IMG/VR virus record: IMGVR_UViG_3300026487_000001
Length of the DNA stretch: 64,000 bases
Reading direction: 5' to 3' (one strand)
Origin: a virus
Shown here: positions 9,112 to 18,766 of the stretch, piece by piece
How the letters are laid out: each line of letters starts with the position of its first letter
How positions within the stretch are numbered: the first letter of the stretch is position 1
Made by a program: the position numbers and the translations under genes
Notes under the pieces: generated by a model
Told to the model about the DNA's origin: nothing
What the model saw: only the letters and a program-made list of their open reading frames with translations
The model's database searches: none

Positions 9112-10254
9112 ATGCACGAAATCACTCTCCCGTCCGGCACTGTTGTGTCGGTCTCTGCTGCGAACAAAACGCAGATCGCCAACGCTGAAATCCTTTTCGG
9201 TAAGAACGCAAAACTTATCGTTAAGAAGATTGACGAGCTGGTTAAAATCAAAGAGCTGGACACTGCGAAGCTGTCCGCTGTCCTTGACCTGCTGAACGAC
9301 GCAGAAGCAACTACCGCTCTTGCGAAGAAAGCTGCTGGCAAGAATCTTGTCACTGCGATGAAGAACCTGTATAAAGCCAAGACGCTGGTGGCTACCATTA
9401 ACGGTCTTCGTGCAATCAAGATCAAAGCAACTGACCCGAACAAAGTCGTCGCTAAGCCTCGTGCTGGGAAGCCGCAGGCTCCGGTAACTACCGTAGGCAC
9501 GTTCTCTCCTGCGTACTCCAGTCTGATCAGAAGCGATGCGCGTGACTATGCGCCTGACTTCATCCGCGCTGTTGAGCCTGTTGCGGGTGCTGGTAAGTTC
9601 TTATATGCTTCCGGCAAGCAGTTCTCTTTCCAGTATAAGAAACTGGAAGTGGCTGTTGTCATGCAGCAGAAAGGCTGGTTGATGACCTTCGTCGGTGACC
9701 ATCTTAAAAAGGTCAAGAAGGTTCAGATTCATCTGGGCGAACTGCGTTCAATCAAAAACGTCATCAAACTGCTGGCCACCAAAGATGCAACTGACGCTGA
9801 GATTGCTGCGGCCGCTAAGAAAGGCGAGCGCACTGCCGCTGAACTTCGAATGCCTAGCACCAGCAACGCATCGAGCGCTAACGGCTATGACTTCCTGTAT
9901 GCTGCGCTGATGAAGGGTGGTGATGGTGAGAACGTAAGAGCTATGTTCAAAGCCATGCAACTGCCTGCGCCGAAACGTAGCGTGACTGCTACCGTTGCTA
10001 ACATGGGTGGTGATGAAGATTGCATCCTTGTGATGGGTGCCGGTAGCAAGACGGGTGTTGTGTTCGGACCGACTGCGACAATGACTGGCTCTATCAAACA
10101 GGCTCGTGGTCGTGGTACGTTCACTGTTGCCAAGTATGATTCGTCCGCGGGCGCACCGAGCGATCTGCCTAAGTCTGCATTTGAGCAGCTGGGTACATTC
10201 TCTGATTATCAGAGCGCGTATCAGGTGTTTCGTGCGACCGTATCTACGCTGTAA
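9112..10254 (+). CDS. Hypothetical protein (abundant early/middle product?)
   Basis: 380-aa ORF, AAGGA RBS, followed by a strong terminator. No motif recognised. Confidence 0.75.
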   Translation: MHEITLPSGTVVSVSAANKTQIANAEILFGKNAKLIVKKIDELVKIKELDTAKLSAVLDLLNDAEATTALAKKAAGKNLVTAMKNLYKAKTLVATINGLRAIKIKATDPNKVVAKPRAGKPQAPVTTVGTFSPAYSSLIRSDARDYAPDFIRAVEPVAGAGKFLYASGKQFSFQYKKLEVAVVMQQKGWLMTFVGDHLKKVKKVQIHLGELRSIKNVIKLLATKDATDAEIAAAAKKGERTAAELRMPSTSNASSANGYDFLYAALMKGGDGENVRAMFKAMQLPAPKRSVTATVANMGGDEDCILVMGAGSKTGVVFGPTATMTGSIKQARGRGTFTVAKYDSSAGAPSDLPKSAFEQLGTFSDYQSAYQVFRATVSTL

Positions 10255-10267
10255 TATTTAACCAAAA

Positions 10268-10290
10268 GGGTGCCTTCGGGTGCCCTTTTT
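10268..10290 (+). terminator. Intrinsic terminator
   Basis: GGGTGCC-TTCG-GGTGCCC (two G.U pairs) + TTTTT + CATTTCT box. Confidence 0.75.
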
Positions 10291-10301
10291 CATTTCTAAA
10301 T

Positions 10302-10310
10302 CTGTAAATA
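10302..10310 (+). promoter_or_regulatory. CTGTAAATA motif copy (upstream of DNA polymerase)
   Basis: Exact 9-mer, 39 nt upstream of the PolA start and just after a terminator. Confidence 0.5.
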
Positions 10311-10349
10311 ACAGCCATCGATTTGCGTTACACACTCTGATAGGACTAG

Positions 10350-12218
10350 ATGGTGAAAATCAAGCACGTAGCTCTTGACTTCGATCCACCTGAACAGTTT
10401 GCTGACCAGCAGACGTATGACGGTGTTCGAATACTAAAACACATAAGTAAAAGTGCCAAAGGTGGTAAAGCACTTCTCGTCCTAGACCATATGCCTACCG
10501 AAGATTTGCGTAGCGGCAAAATATTCAGTAGTACGGAAGGTGAGTTGTTCCTGAATCAGATGCAGTATCTTGAAGATACGTTTCCGACCAAGACAACTCT
10601 TGACGACTGGAACTTCCTTGTTGTCTCGTACAACATGTTCAAGACGTATGACAAGGGCGAGCAGTTCAAAGAAGACGCAGACCAAGCGTTTGCGGATCGT
10701 ATTCGTGATTTGATTGTTGAGTACAAGCCAGACTATGTTCTGACTTTCGGCAAAGCGCCGTTCAAAGCACTGAACAGCGAGAAAATACAGTTCTCGAAAG
10801 ATCACTACGAGCACTGGTACGGTGTTGAGATTCCAACGAAGGTGAAGTACGACGGTAAGAAGCACAGCTTTATCCATGTGCCGAACGTCAGCTATCACAC
10901 CGTGTTGAACCCGATGCACATCAAAGGTTCATCGTATACGTTAGGCTACATGGCTCGCTGGATGTTGCCGTGGCTTAACAAGGGGATGCGCTATAAGATC
11001 GATGAAGTTACGTGTGGTAAGAAGCGTAACTGGGACCTCGTGTATGTAACGAAGGTCAAGCAACTTGAGAAAATCTTGAAGCGTATGAAGCGCGCCAAGA
11101 AGGTTGCAGTCGATACCGAAACAGAGAACCTGAATCGTATTAAGAATAAAATCTTGACGGTGCAGTTATCATCTGACGGTCAGAAGGCGTATGTTGTTCC
11201 TATCTATCACCGTGACAGTCCATTCAGTCCGAAAGAACTGCGTAGGGTAAGTGAGTTGTTCAAAGATTATTTCGAGGACAACGATAACAAGTATCAAATC
11301 TACACCAACGCGAAGTTCGACCTGAACGTAATGCGCTCTAACTTCGGCATTCGTAGTTATGCAGCAAACGTTTGGGATATTCAGGCGGGTGAGTTTGCGT
11401 TCGATGAAAACGCCAAGTCGTTGTTGAACGTTACCGGTAGCGGTTATTATAACTTGGCTAACCTGACGATGCAGTTTGGTTGTCAGGTGTACCACGAAGT
11501 GTCGTTCGGTAAAGAGATGCGAGCGACAATCGCAGACGTTGACCTCGACGAATCGGTGCAGGAGTATGCGGGTCTCGACGTTATCGTTCCGTTCCGTATT
11601 GCAGAGCAACAGCAAAAGCGAGCCAACGATATTAAATACAAGAAGTATGAGTCGATGGTCAGTGAGCAAATCTCCGACCAGATTCATGCGTTCTCGATTC
11701 TTGAAACGACAGGTGCAGGCGCAGACATTGATTACCTGTTTAAGCTCAACCTACCGAACAGCCCTATCAACGAAGAAATTCGAAACGTAGAGCGTGAGTT
11801 CATGAACAGCCCTGAGGTTAAGGCTGCGAACAAGGTTATTTGCAAAGACGACAATGTTCCTAAGATGGGTCTTATGGGCAAAGTCGAAGTGACCAAGTTC
11901 GATATGTCGAAGTCGGAACACAAACAGATTCTGTTCTTCGATGTGATGAAGCTCAAGCCTCTGAAAGAAGGGGAACAGTTACGTGAGAACGGCAAGAAGG
12001 CGGGTAAGCTCGACAAGGACTTCCAGGCAGCGTATGCTGATATACCGCTTGTGTCCCTCTACACCAAACTCGGTAAAGCGTACAAGCTCAAGAACGCCTA
12101 CGTTAACAGCCTGCTCAAGCTCTGGGGTGAATCAGAAGACTTCAAACATGACCGTTCAATCAGACCGACGTATGGTTATCTTGGAGTTGTAACGGGTCGT
12201 ACAAGCGCTAGTGATCCT
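10350..12218 (+). CDS. Family-A DNA polymerase, exon 1 (UDG-like N-terminal domain + 3'-5' exonuclease + first part of polymerase domain). 3' boundary model-dependent (12218 or 12234)
   Basis: Exo I VAVDTETENL (~11103-11132), YAGLDVIV, then ...VTGRTSASDP. The frame then runs into RLGFM-stop (TAG 12234-12236). Confidence 0.85.
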
Positions 12219-13438
12219 AGATTGGGCTTCATGTAGGAAACTGCATGTCGAAAGCTACCTAAACGGGGAAGAGCCTTACGCAGCGAATGTGTAAGGAGAA
12301 CCTACCGTGCTAAATGTCGGAAACGACTAAAAGCCTAACGACTATCCCGCGAGGGAGTAGAGTGACAAGCAAATGGTCACGCGAAATGGTAGCGTCCTAA
12401 GTTCTCGTTTGAGTCTGATATGCAAGCGCGTCAGACGAGAGAATAAGTCTATTCAGAATATTTTCAGAAATACCTCATTTGGGACTTGTTGACGATAATT
12501 AAAATGTATCATCGACAAAAGGTTCCATGAGGCAAATATGAAAAAAGTAAAAACGACCGTGAAGAAAGGCCGTGCTATTGCGCTCGTTGCAGAGCAGCAT
12601 CCTTTGCCGAAATATCTGAAACACTATATCGAAGCATGGGCGCCTAAATTCCTTCACGATCATCCAAACGTAAGCACTGCGTATTCACTAACCAACTTCA
12701 AATGTTGGAAGTCATACAGAGAGAACATCTTTGTCCATAAGACAGGTGTGTTCTTGATTGTTAGTGACGAAGGTGAAGTGCGTTTGACGATTGGGCGCAA
12801 ACATCCAAAAGGTTATTTATCTTTATGGATTCGCGGACCTCTTGCGCATCGTGTAGTTGCTACTGTTTGGAAGAAAAACAAACATCCTGAAACAAAGCCT
12901 ATGGTAAACCATCTTGATGGTATCAAAACAAACAACTGTGTTGATAACCTAGAGTGGTGCAGTAACTCACGCAATATTCTTCACGCCAGAGAGATGGGTT
13001 TGAACGTATATAATAAACCTACATCAGGCAAGAAGATTGGCGGACAGCGAAAAGGTGCATCGAAATACTTTGGTGTTCTCTTTGAGAAAGGTCGTCAGAA
13101 GTGGGTGGGCTTAGTGAGACACAACAAAATTGTTTATGGTCGTAGACGCTTTGACACAGAAGAAGCCGCAGCGATTCATTACAACAACGTGTGTGACCTG
13201 CTGGGTATTGATGATAAACCGAGAAATGATTTTCCGAAACAGAAGATTAAGAAAATCAAGAAAGGTAAAACTACAATACGCATGATTGGTTCAGGTGAGC
13301 ATTTGTTTTCTATTACTGAATAGCGGACTTGATATAGTCTCTTCCACATCGGTAAACGGTGTGGTGGTGTGTAAGACGAGGACTGTTGGTACTCGCATCA
13401 TCAGGGCGTGTGTTGCGAACACGTTTTAAGACCACAAA
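12219..13438 (+). mobile_element. Group I (IA2, T4 td-like) self-splicing intron with embedded homing endonuclease gene. Exact ends uncertain
   Basis: CTAAACGGGG 12258-12267. CCGTGCTAAATGTCGGAAACGACTAAAA 12305-12332. GNRA-capped hairpins at 12316-12327 and 12345-12356. GATATAGTC 13331-13339. P7 candidate GACTA 12325-12329 / TAGTC 13335-13339. Splits a conserved PolA motif. Confidence 0.75.
12538..13323 (+). CDS. HNH (I-HmuI-like) + AP2-domain homing endonuclease, intron-encoded
   Basis: [28 protein letters not shown] (HNH_3-type). [44 protein letters not shown] (AP2-type). GAGG RBS. AT-richer codons than neighbours. Confidence 0.85.
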   Translation: MKKVKTTVKKGRAIALVAEQHPLPKYLKHYIEAWAPKFLHDHPNVSTAYSLTNFKCWKSYRENIFVHKTGVFLIVSDEGEVRLTIGRKHPKGYLSLWIRGPLAHRVVATVWKKNKHPETKPMVNHLDGIKTNNCVDNLEWCSNSRNILHAREMGLNVYNKPTSGKKIGGQRKGASKYFGVLFEKGRQKWVGLVRHNKIVYGRRRFDTEEAAAIHYNNVCDLLGIDDKPRNDFPKQKIKKIKKGKTTIRMIGSGEHLFSITE

Positions 13439-14740
13439 AATCTCCAACAGGTACCGTCTCGTAGTGAGATGGGTAAGTTGATCAAACGTATTCTGATTGC
13501 GCGTAAGAATCGCCTGCTTATCAAGGTCGACTACTCGGCGCACGAAGTTCGTGGTTGGTCAATCATCTCAGGTGACCAGGGCGTTGCAGACGTATTTGAG
13601 CAAGGCCGTAAGCTGCGTCATCGTTTCCGTACAGTACCGGACCCATGGATTGAGCACCGCGTCGAAGCTGAGGGTGACGTTCACAAAATCAACGCCGCTT
13701 ACTTCTTCGGTATTCCAAACGTAATGGACGTAACCAAGTCCGTACGTAACGCGGTTAAGACCGTAATCTTCGGCCTGATCTATCAGCAGGGTGATAAAGG
13801 TCTTGCGAAGTCAACAGGGCGTGAAGTGTCTGAGATTGCAGAAATCAAAGGCAAGTTCTTAACACGATTCCCGGTAGGCTTAAAATGGTTCGATAAGATT
13901 AAGAAGTTTGCACATGAGAACTTCTTTGTTGAGTCGCCGGTTGGTCGTCGTCGCCATCTATGGGGCCTGATGTTACCTGAGTCGCATCGTGAAGCCAATA
14001 TGGTTCATGCAGCGTGTGACCGCCGTGCGGTAAACAGTCCAGTTCAGGGCTTCGGTTCTGACCTGATGATGTCCGCGATTCGTATTCTGGACCGTATGAA
14101 GTATGAGTATTGGAAAGCGAACGGCGAGTACCCTGACTTTGACATGAACGTATCTGTACACGACTCCTTGACCGTTGACTGCGATTACAAATGGATCTTC
14201 CTTGCGCTCGATATGATCGAACGTGCGATGACCAGCGCAGTGGTCGAAGTTGTGCAGAAGCGTCACGAAGGGTTTGAGTTCACGTCCGTACCTGAGATTG
14301 ACTTTGAAATCGGTGCGTCAGAGAAAGACGTGCAGGGTTGGAACTTCTCTTACGTTCAACTCAGGAAGCTCATTAAAGACGGACTTGAGATTAAGCGTGA
14401 CGAGCTGGGTGAGAAAGACCTCGATGTTGAGAAGACACTGGACAGCATTATGGAAGACCAGTATCATCTCATGTCCGATTGGATGAAGAAACAGCTTTGG
14501 GCTAACGATATTAAAATTCGTAGCATGGACAAAGTTAATCCTCTCACCAACAAGGACAAGAAGAACATCAAGGAGTGGCTGGCAGAACTTCCGAAGAACA
14601 TTAAAACGTTCGAGAAGTACAAAGCGGAAGAAGCTGCGAAGAAAGCCGCTGCATCTACAGAGGGAGCCGCGCCTAAGAAGAAAATCAAACTCAGTAAGTC
14701 TATGCTCAAATCTGCTCTTAAGGGGATTGCGAAAAAATGA
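13439..14740 (+). CDS. Family-A DNA polymerase, exon 2 (motifs A, B, C). 5' boundary model-dependent (13439 or 13431)
   Basis: NLQQVP + 30 aa + DYSAHEVR (motif A), RNAVKTVIFGLIYQQG (motif B), VHDSL (motif C). Conserved sequence starts upstream of the first ATG (13469). Confidence 0.85.
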   Translation, partial: NLQQVPSRSEMGKLIKRILIARKNRLLIKVDYSAHEVRGWSIISGDQGVADVFEQGRKLRHRFRTVPDPWIEHRVEAEGDVHKINAAYFFGIPNVMDVTKSVRNAVKTVIFGLIYQQGDKGLAKSTGREVSEIAEIKGKFLTRFPVGLKWFDKIKKFAHENFFVESPVGRRRHLWGLMLPESHREANMVHAACDRRAVNSPVQGFGSDLMMSAIRILDRMKYEYWKANGEYPDFDMNVSVHDSLTVDCDYKWIFLALDMIERAMTSAVVEVVQKRHEGFEFTSVPEIDFEIGASEKDVQGWNFSYVQLRKLIKDGLEIKRDELGEKDLDVEKTLDSIMEDQYHLMSDWMKKQLWANDIKIRSMDKVNPLTNKDKKNIKEWLAELPKNIKTFEKYKAEEAAKKAAASTEGAAPKKKIKLSKSMLKSALKGIAKK

Positions 14741-15030
14741 TGACGGCCGAAGATGTATGTTCATTCCTGAACAAGCATCTGGTAGAACGTCCGGCATTCA
14801 TGGGTGCTGCCTTGCGTACTGCTTGGCAGCTTAACCCGGGTGACGTGCCTGATGATATTTATGTTCACCAGATAGCACCTGACTGTTACAGCGCTGACTT
14901 CGTTGGCGTTCTGAATGGCCTGATTGCAGCATCCGGCAAACGCCTCAATGCTGTAAATATACAGGGCACACTACAATTTGTTTTAGAGGATAGAGATGAA
15001 GACTTGTCGATTGCCGAAGAACCCCGCTAA
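14737..15030 (+). CDS. Hypothetical protein
   Basis: 97-aa ORF, ATGA overlap with the PolA stop. Its 3' end contains a CTGTAAATA copy and overlaps the next gene by 35 nt. Confidence 0.55.
   Translation: MMTAEDVCSFLNKHLVERPAFMGAALRTAWQLNPGDVPDDIYVHQIAPDCYSADFVGVLNGLIAASGKRLNAVNIQGTLQFVLEDRDEDLSIAEEPR
14951..14959 (+). promoter_or_regulatory. CTGTAAATA motif copy (upstream of clamp-like gene)
   Basis: Exact 9-mer, 36 nt upstream of the ATG at 14996, embedded in the preceding ORF. Confidence 0.45.
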
Positions 15031-16174
15031 GAAATGCAGCCTAACGCTGAACGGTACGTTCCTGTCAGATATTCTTAAACGTGTTGATAGCGTAACGCGT
15101 TTCTCTGAGTCGGACGACAAGCTGACTCACATCCACCTGCTGGTGACGTATAAGTCCGACGTGTTCGTTCTGGGTCGTACTCCCGATACCTTCGTCGCTT
15201 ATCTCGTTCCCGGCGCGACCGCCGACGCTGACACGGTAATGAACATCGACCCGATTCAGTTGACCGGTCTGATCAGCAAGCGTAAAGAGCTGAACGTTGA
15301 GTTCGACGGTAAGACGTTGAACATCAGCGAACAGAAAGGCAAGTACAAAGCAGAAGTGAAACTGCGTCCGGTATCGGCCGAGCAGATTCCAATGGTCGAA
15401 CAGGGTCTGCATCACCATATCGAAGGTGGCCATGAGATGACGCGTGAAGTTATCGACGCGATGACTCAGGGCGTTAAGCTGACTCGGTTGAAAGATACAA
15501 TCACAGGCCAGACCGTGATGTGTCGTGTTATCTGTGACGGTGAGAGCCTGAGCCTCGTCAGTCCTGGTCACTGGACTTCATCTCGCTATCGCGCTGCACT
15601 GAAAAAGAAAGTGAAGCCGTTCCGTTTCAGTCTGACTGGCGAAATGTTCGATTTGATTTATCGCTTCTGCGGAGAAGAGAAGGTAACGTTCCACGTAGAC
15701 AGCAGTTCATTCGCAGCCGAAGCGGAGTCGTTTGTTCTGACACTGCCTCCGATTCAGGCAAGCGATGAAGACTATCGTTACATGGACAACATGATTGCAC
15801 AGCTCGGCAAGCCGCTGATTGGTTGTGTGATTAAGGGTGACCTGTCTGCACCGTTCGCCAACATCTCGACGTTGATTGAGAAGAAAGGTAACACGAACGC
15901 GAAGCTCCTAGTTAAGAAGCAAGAGTTCAAACTCAAGTTTGGTAACGATAGCGGTAGTGTGCAGGACAGCTTGAAGCTGGCGAAGCCTGTTGAGAAAGAG
16001 TTTAGTACCTCGCTTGACATGCGTATCATCCGTGAGTTGCTGCGTAACATCGGGCGTGAAGAACGACACAACATGGGCTTCCATGGTGCGAACATCAATA
16101 GCCTGAACGCATTCAGCCTGAACTATAAGTTCGACACGCACACGCTGTTGTACTTTGGGTATCTGCCAGCATGA
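14996..16174 (+). CDS. Putative DNA polymerase sliding clamp (DnaN/beta-clamp-like)
   Basis: 392 aa, GAGGATAGAG RBS. By-eye similarity to the beta-clamp layout (SLTLNGTFLSDILKRV..., ...KAEVKLRPVSAEQIPMVE at the position of the DnaN ..LPAADFP.. segment). Size and position next to the polymerase fit. Confidence 0.45.
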   Translation: MKTCRLPKNPAKKCSLTLNGTFLSDILKRVDSVTRFSESDDKLTHIHLLVTYKSDVFVLGRTPDTFVAYLVPGATADADTVMNIDPIQLTGLISKRKELNVEFDGKTLNISEQKGKYKAEVKLRPVSAEQIPMVEQGLHHHIEGGHEMTREVIDAMTQGVKLTRLKDTITGQTVMCRVICDGESLSLVSPGHWTSSRYRAALKKKVKPFRFSLTGEMFDLIYRFCGEEKVTFHVDSSSFAAEAESFVLTLPPIQASDEDYRYMDNMIAQLGKPLIGCVIKGDLSAPFANISTLIEKKGNTNAKLLVKKQEFKLKFGNDSGSVQDSLKLAKPVEKEFSTSLDMRIIRELLRNIGREERHNMGFHGANINSLNAFSLNYKFDTHTLLYFGYLPA

Positions 16175-16617
16175 CGGCACGTCTGGCCAAACTGGCTATT
16201 AAGAAAAACGTCCTCATTGGGGACGTTTGTTCGCTCATACATGATGTTCTGTATGAAATACCTAATGCCCCGCGCGGGCGTCGTCGTTTCTGTCTGATTT
16301 ATAAAGCTGTGTATGGTGACTCGCTGGATATTGATAGCGTTGCGCCTATAGAACATAGCTACCACTTCAAGCAATCGTATCTGCGCCTAGCCGACACTGT
16401 TGTTGGCTCACTGCTTGAAGTCTCCGCGAAGTGGTGTACGTTTAACGCAGTGACTGTAGGCTACATGCCTCCGCTCGAAAAACTATACAACTTCACCTGT
16501 CCTATCGAAGGTCCTTCTGGGGGTCTGCTAATTTATCGAGACGAGCATGGTAGTTTCTTTGCTATGCCACACAAGACTCCTGAGAGTCCTATTCTCGTAA
16601 CTGACAAAGGTGATTAA
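16171..16617 (+). CDS. Hypothetical protein
   Basis: 148-aa ORF, ATGA overlap with the upstream gene. Confidence 0.65.
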   Translation: MTARLAKLAIKKNVLIGDVCSLIHDVLYEIPNAPRGRRRFCLIYKAVYGDSLDIDSVAPIEHSYHFKQSYLRLADTVVGSLLEVSAKWCTFNAVTVGYMPPLEKLYNFTCPIEGPSGGLLIYRDEHGSFFAMPHKTPESPILVTDKGD

Positions 16618-17162
16618 TGGACGACCTAAAGCGCATTCGAATAAAGGTCAAGAACGACAAGCGCTATAAGAAGCTGAGAGATATTTATAAGACCAACGAT
16701 ATTTTTCAGCAACCTTTGGCCGAGCTGCAAGACGAAGCGCGTAAACTGTTTAAGATGCGTAAGGTCAGAACGTTAAACATCTCTGACCCGCAGGCACTGA
16801 ACAAAGTAGCCGAGTCGATAATTCAAGATCAATCGTACCGAAGCCGTATGACTGAGATTATGACGCATATCCATACAGCCTCGAAACTGTTAAATGATAT
16901 GTTGGAACGGTTTCAGGATTACGCCTCGGTCACGTATGCAAAAGATCTGAAAGCCGTCGGCGCTGCGAAAGAACGCGAGCGTTGTGTCAGAAACATTATG
17001 GCCGAATACTACCGCTACGCTGATCAGCTTGAGTTGCTCAAGGAAGAGCTTGACCTGTATATCAAGGACATTGATAAGTGCGGCTTCGCATACAGAGCAC
17101 TTGTCGATACGATGAACATCATCAATCAGCGTGAGTACGGTCTGCCGAACTCAAGGAAATAG
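16617..17162 (+). CDS. Hypothetical protein (predicted helical/coiled-coil)
   Basis: 181-aa ORF, TAATG overlap, AAGGTGA RBS. Confidence 0.7.
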   Translation: MDDLKRIRIKVKNDKRYKKLRDIYKTNDIFQQPLAELQDEARKLFKMRKVRTLNISDPQALNKVAESIIQDQSYRSRMTEIMTHIHTASKLLNDMLERFQDYASVTYAKDLKAVGAAKERERCVRNIMAEYYRYADQLELLKEELDLYIKDIDKCGFAYRALVDTMNIINQREYGLPNSRK

Positions 17163-17164
17163 AT

Positions 17165-18766
17165 GTGACTGCCAAAGTATTGGTCGATAGCCGTCTGCAC
17201 ATTCCAGTTAAGGTTGTGGACGCAGACAACATCATCAAGAAGATGACTCACTATGAGTTCGAAAATGCCGTGTGCAAGAACTGTGAGTTTCGTTCTATAC
17301 GACCGTCCGATGAATGCCGCCAGTGTTCAAAGGGCGGTCTGCTTGATATAACCGTGCTGGCGAAATACTCTGACATTAAGGGTAAGCGTTATGTGTCGAT
17401 TCCTTATGGTGAGATGCACCGTTTCGAAAAGACAGCAGGGTTAAGCCTGAAAGAAGTGAAGTTCGTTAACGGTACGTCGCGTGTGCCTTACGACTACAAA
17501 GTGAAGTTCACAGGCAAGCTGCGTGAATATCAGGAAGAGCCGTTCGAGAAGATGTTCGGCGAACTGTGTGGTGTATTCAAAGCACCGCCTCGTTCTGGTA
17601 AGACAGTTATCGGTACTGCTGGTGCATGTCACTCTGGATTCCGTACAGTCATTATGGCTGACCAGAAGGACTTCCTTGATGGTTTCTTAGAAACTATCGA
17701 AGCGATGACGAACTTGCCTGAGCTGGAAGAGAAGCACGGTAAGAAGCTGTATGGATTCCCGAAGACTCTGGACGACTATAAGAACTTCCAGATCATCCTC
17801 GTGACCTATCAGTCTCTGATCTCTGACAGTAAGAACTCGAAGAAGCGACTCAAGTTGCTGAACGAGAACTACGGTACGCTGTTCGTCGATGAATGTCACG
17901 CTGGTAACGCAAGCTGTTATAGCCGCGTACTGGCCTCTCTGAAAATGAAGTATCGCTTCGGTCTGACTGCAACGCCTAAACGTAAAGACGGACGTCACTA
18001 CCTGATTGAATCTATTTTCGGGCCTGTGATTGCCGAGGCGTTTGTTGAGGAGCTTGTGCCGAAAGTAACGCTGCATAAGACCTCAAACAGAGTGCAGTCG
18101 AAAGCGAACTACAACAACAAAAGTGGTTGGGTTCGATTCTGTAAGTTCCTTGCGAATCATCCAGACCGCAACGATAAGATCTTTGAATGGATTATCAAAG
18201 ACCTCGATGCCGGTCGAAGTATCGCAATCCCAATCATGTTCACTGATCAGGCGCGTCGTTTGGTGCAGCGTATCAATGAGCATTACATGGACGAAGTTGC
18301 TGCTGTGTTCCTTGGTGGCGCGAAAGAAGCGAAGAAGCGTAAGCCGATTATTGATGCAGCGCGTGAAGGTAAGATACGCTGCGTTGTCGGTATGCGTAAG
18401 CTGATGCAGCGCGGCCTGAACGTTCCTAAGTGGGACACGCTGTATTACATCATGCCGATGAACAACGAGCCGAACTGGAAACAGGAATCGTGTCGTATTC
18501 TGACGCCGATGGAAAACAAGCGCACACCTGTGATTCGTATGTTCATTGATCCAAAGATGGACCGCTCTATGCAGTGTGCTCGTTCCGTTCTCAAGATGTG
18601 CTGGAAGTTTGGTTACGCGAAAGCGAAGCGTACACCGAAGAAGCTGCGTGATTGGATGGGAGTTGTGTCGAGAGGTGAAGCGCTTGATAGCGAGTTGCCT
18701 GACTACTTCGAACCGGAAGCGAAAGTGAAAGGCCAGCCCTCTAACTTAGGCATGAGGCGATTCTAA
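17165..18766 (+). CDS. SF2 DExH-box DNA helicase with N-terminal Cys4 zinc finger
   Basis: CKNCEF...CRQCSKGG. Walker A FKAPPRSGKTVIG. LFVDECH. GLTATPKR. RGLNVPKWDTL. GTG start with AAGGA RBS. Confidence 0.8.
   Translation: MTAKVLVDSRLHIPVKVVDADNIIKKMTHYEFENAVCKNCEFRSIRPSDECRQCSKGGLLDITVLAKYSDIKGKRYVSIPYGEMHRFEKTAGLSLKEVKFVNGTSRVPYDYKVKFTGKLREYQEEPFEKMFGELCGVFKAPPRSGKTVIGTAGACHSGFRTVIMADQKDFLDGFLETIEAMTNLPELEEKHGKKLYGFPKTLDDYKNFQIILVTYQSLISDSKNSKKRLKLLNENYGTLFVDECHAGNASCYSRVLASLKMKYRFGLTATPKRKDGRHYLIESIFGPVIAEAFVEELVPKVTLHKTSNRVQSKANYNNKSGWVRFCKFLANHPDRNDKIFEWIIKDLDAGRSIAIPIMFTDQARRLVQRINEHYMDEVAAVFLGGAKEAKKRKPIIDAAREGKIRCVVGMRKLMQRGLNVPKWDTLYYIMPMNNEPNWKQESCRILTPMENKRTPVIRMFIDPKMDRSMQCARSVLKMCWKFGYAKAKRTPKKLRDWMGVVSRGEALDSELPDYFEPEAKVKGQPSNLGMRRF

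Noticed and set aside
12489-12520. Sigma-70-like promoter (TTGACG ... TAAAAT / TATCAT) for the intron endonuclease.
   Set aside because: The spacing between the candidate -35 and -10 hexamers is far from 17 nt (5 or 12 nt). It cannot be supported.
13431-13442. Programmed -1 frameshift on the A-run (ACAAAAAT). This would rescue a splice that joins U12218 to the canonical 3' site after G13430.
   Set aside because: The sequence is not a canonical X XXY YYZ heptamer, has no obvious downstream stimulator and requires an extra ad hoc assumption. It is too speculative.
13469-14740. Treating the C-terminal polymerase ORF as an independent gene starting at ATG 13469, that is, a truly split two-polypeptide polymerase.
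   Set aside because: The conserved NLQQVP element and correct Pol I spacing lie in frame upstream of that ATG. There is no convincing RBS. The insert has a group I ribozyme core. Splicing is the simpler explanation, but this still needs experimental confirmation.
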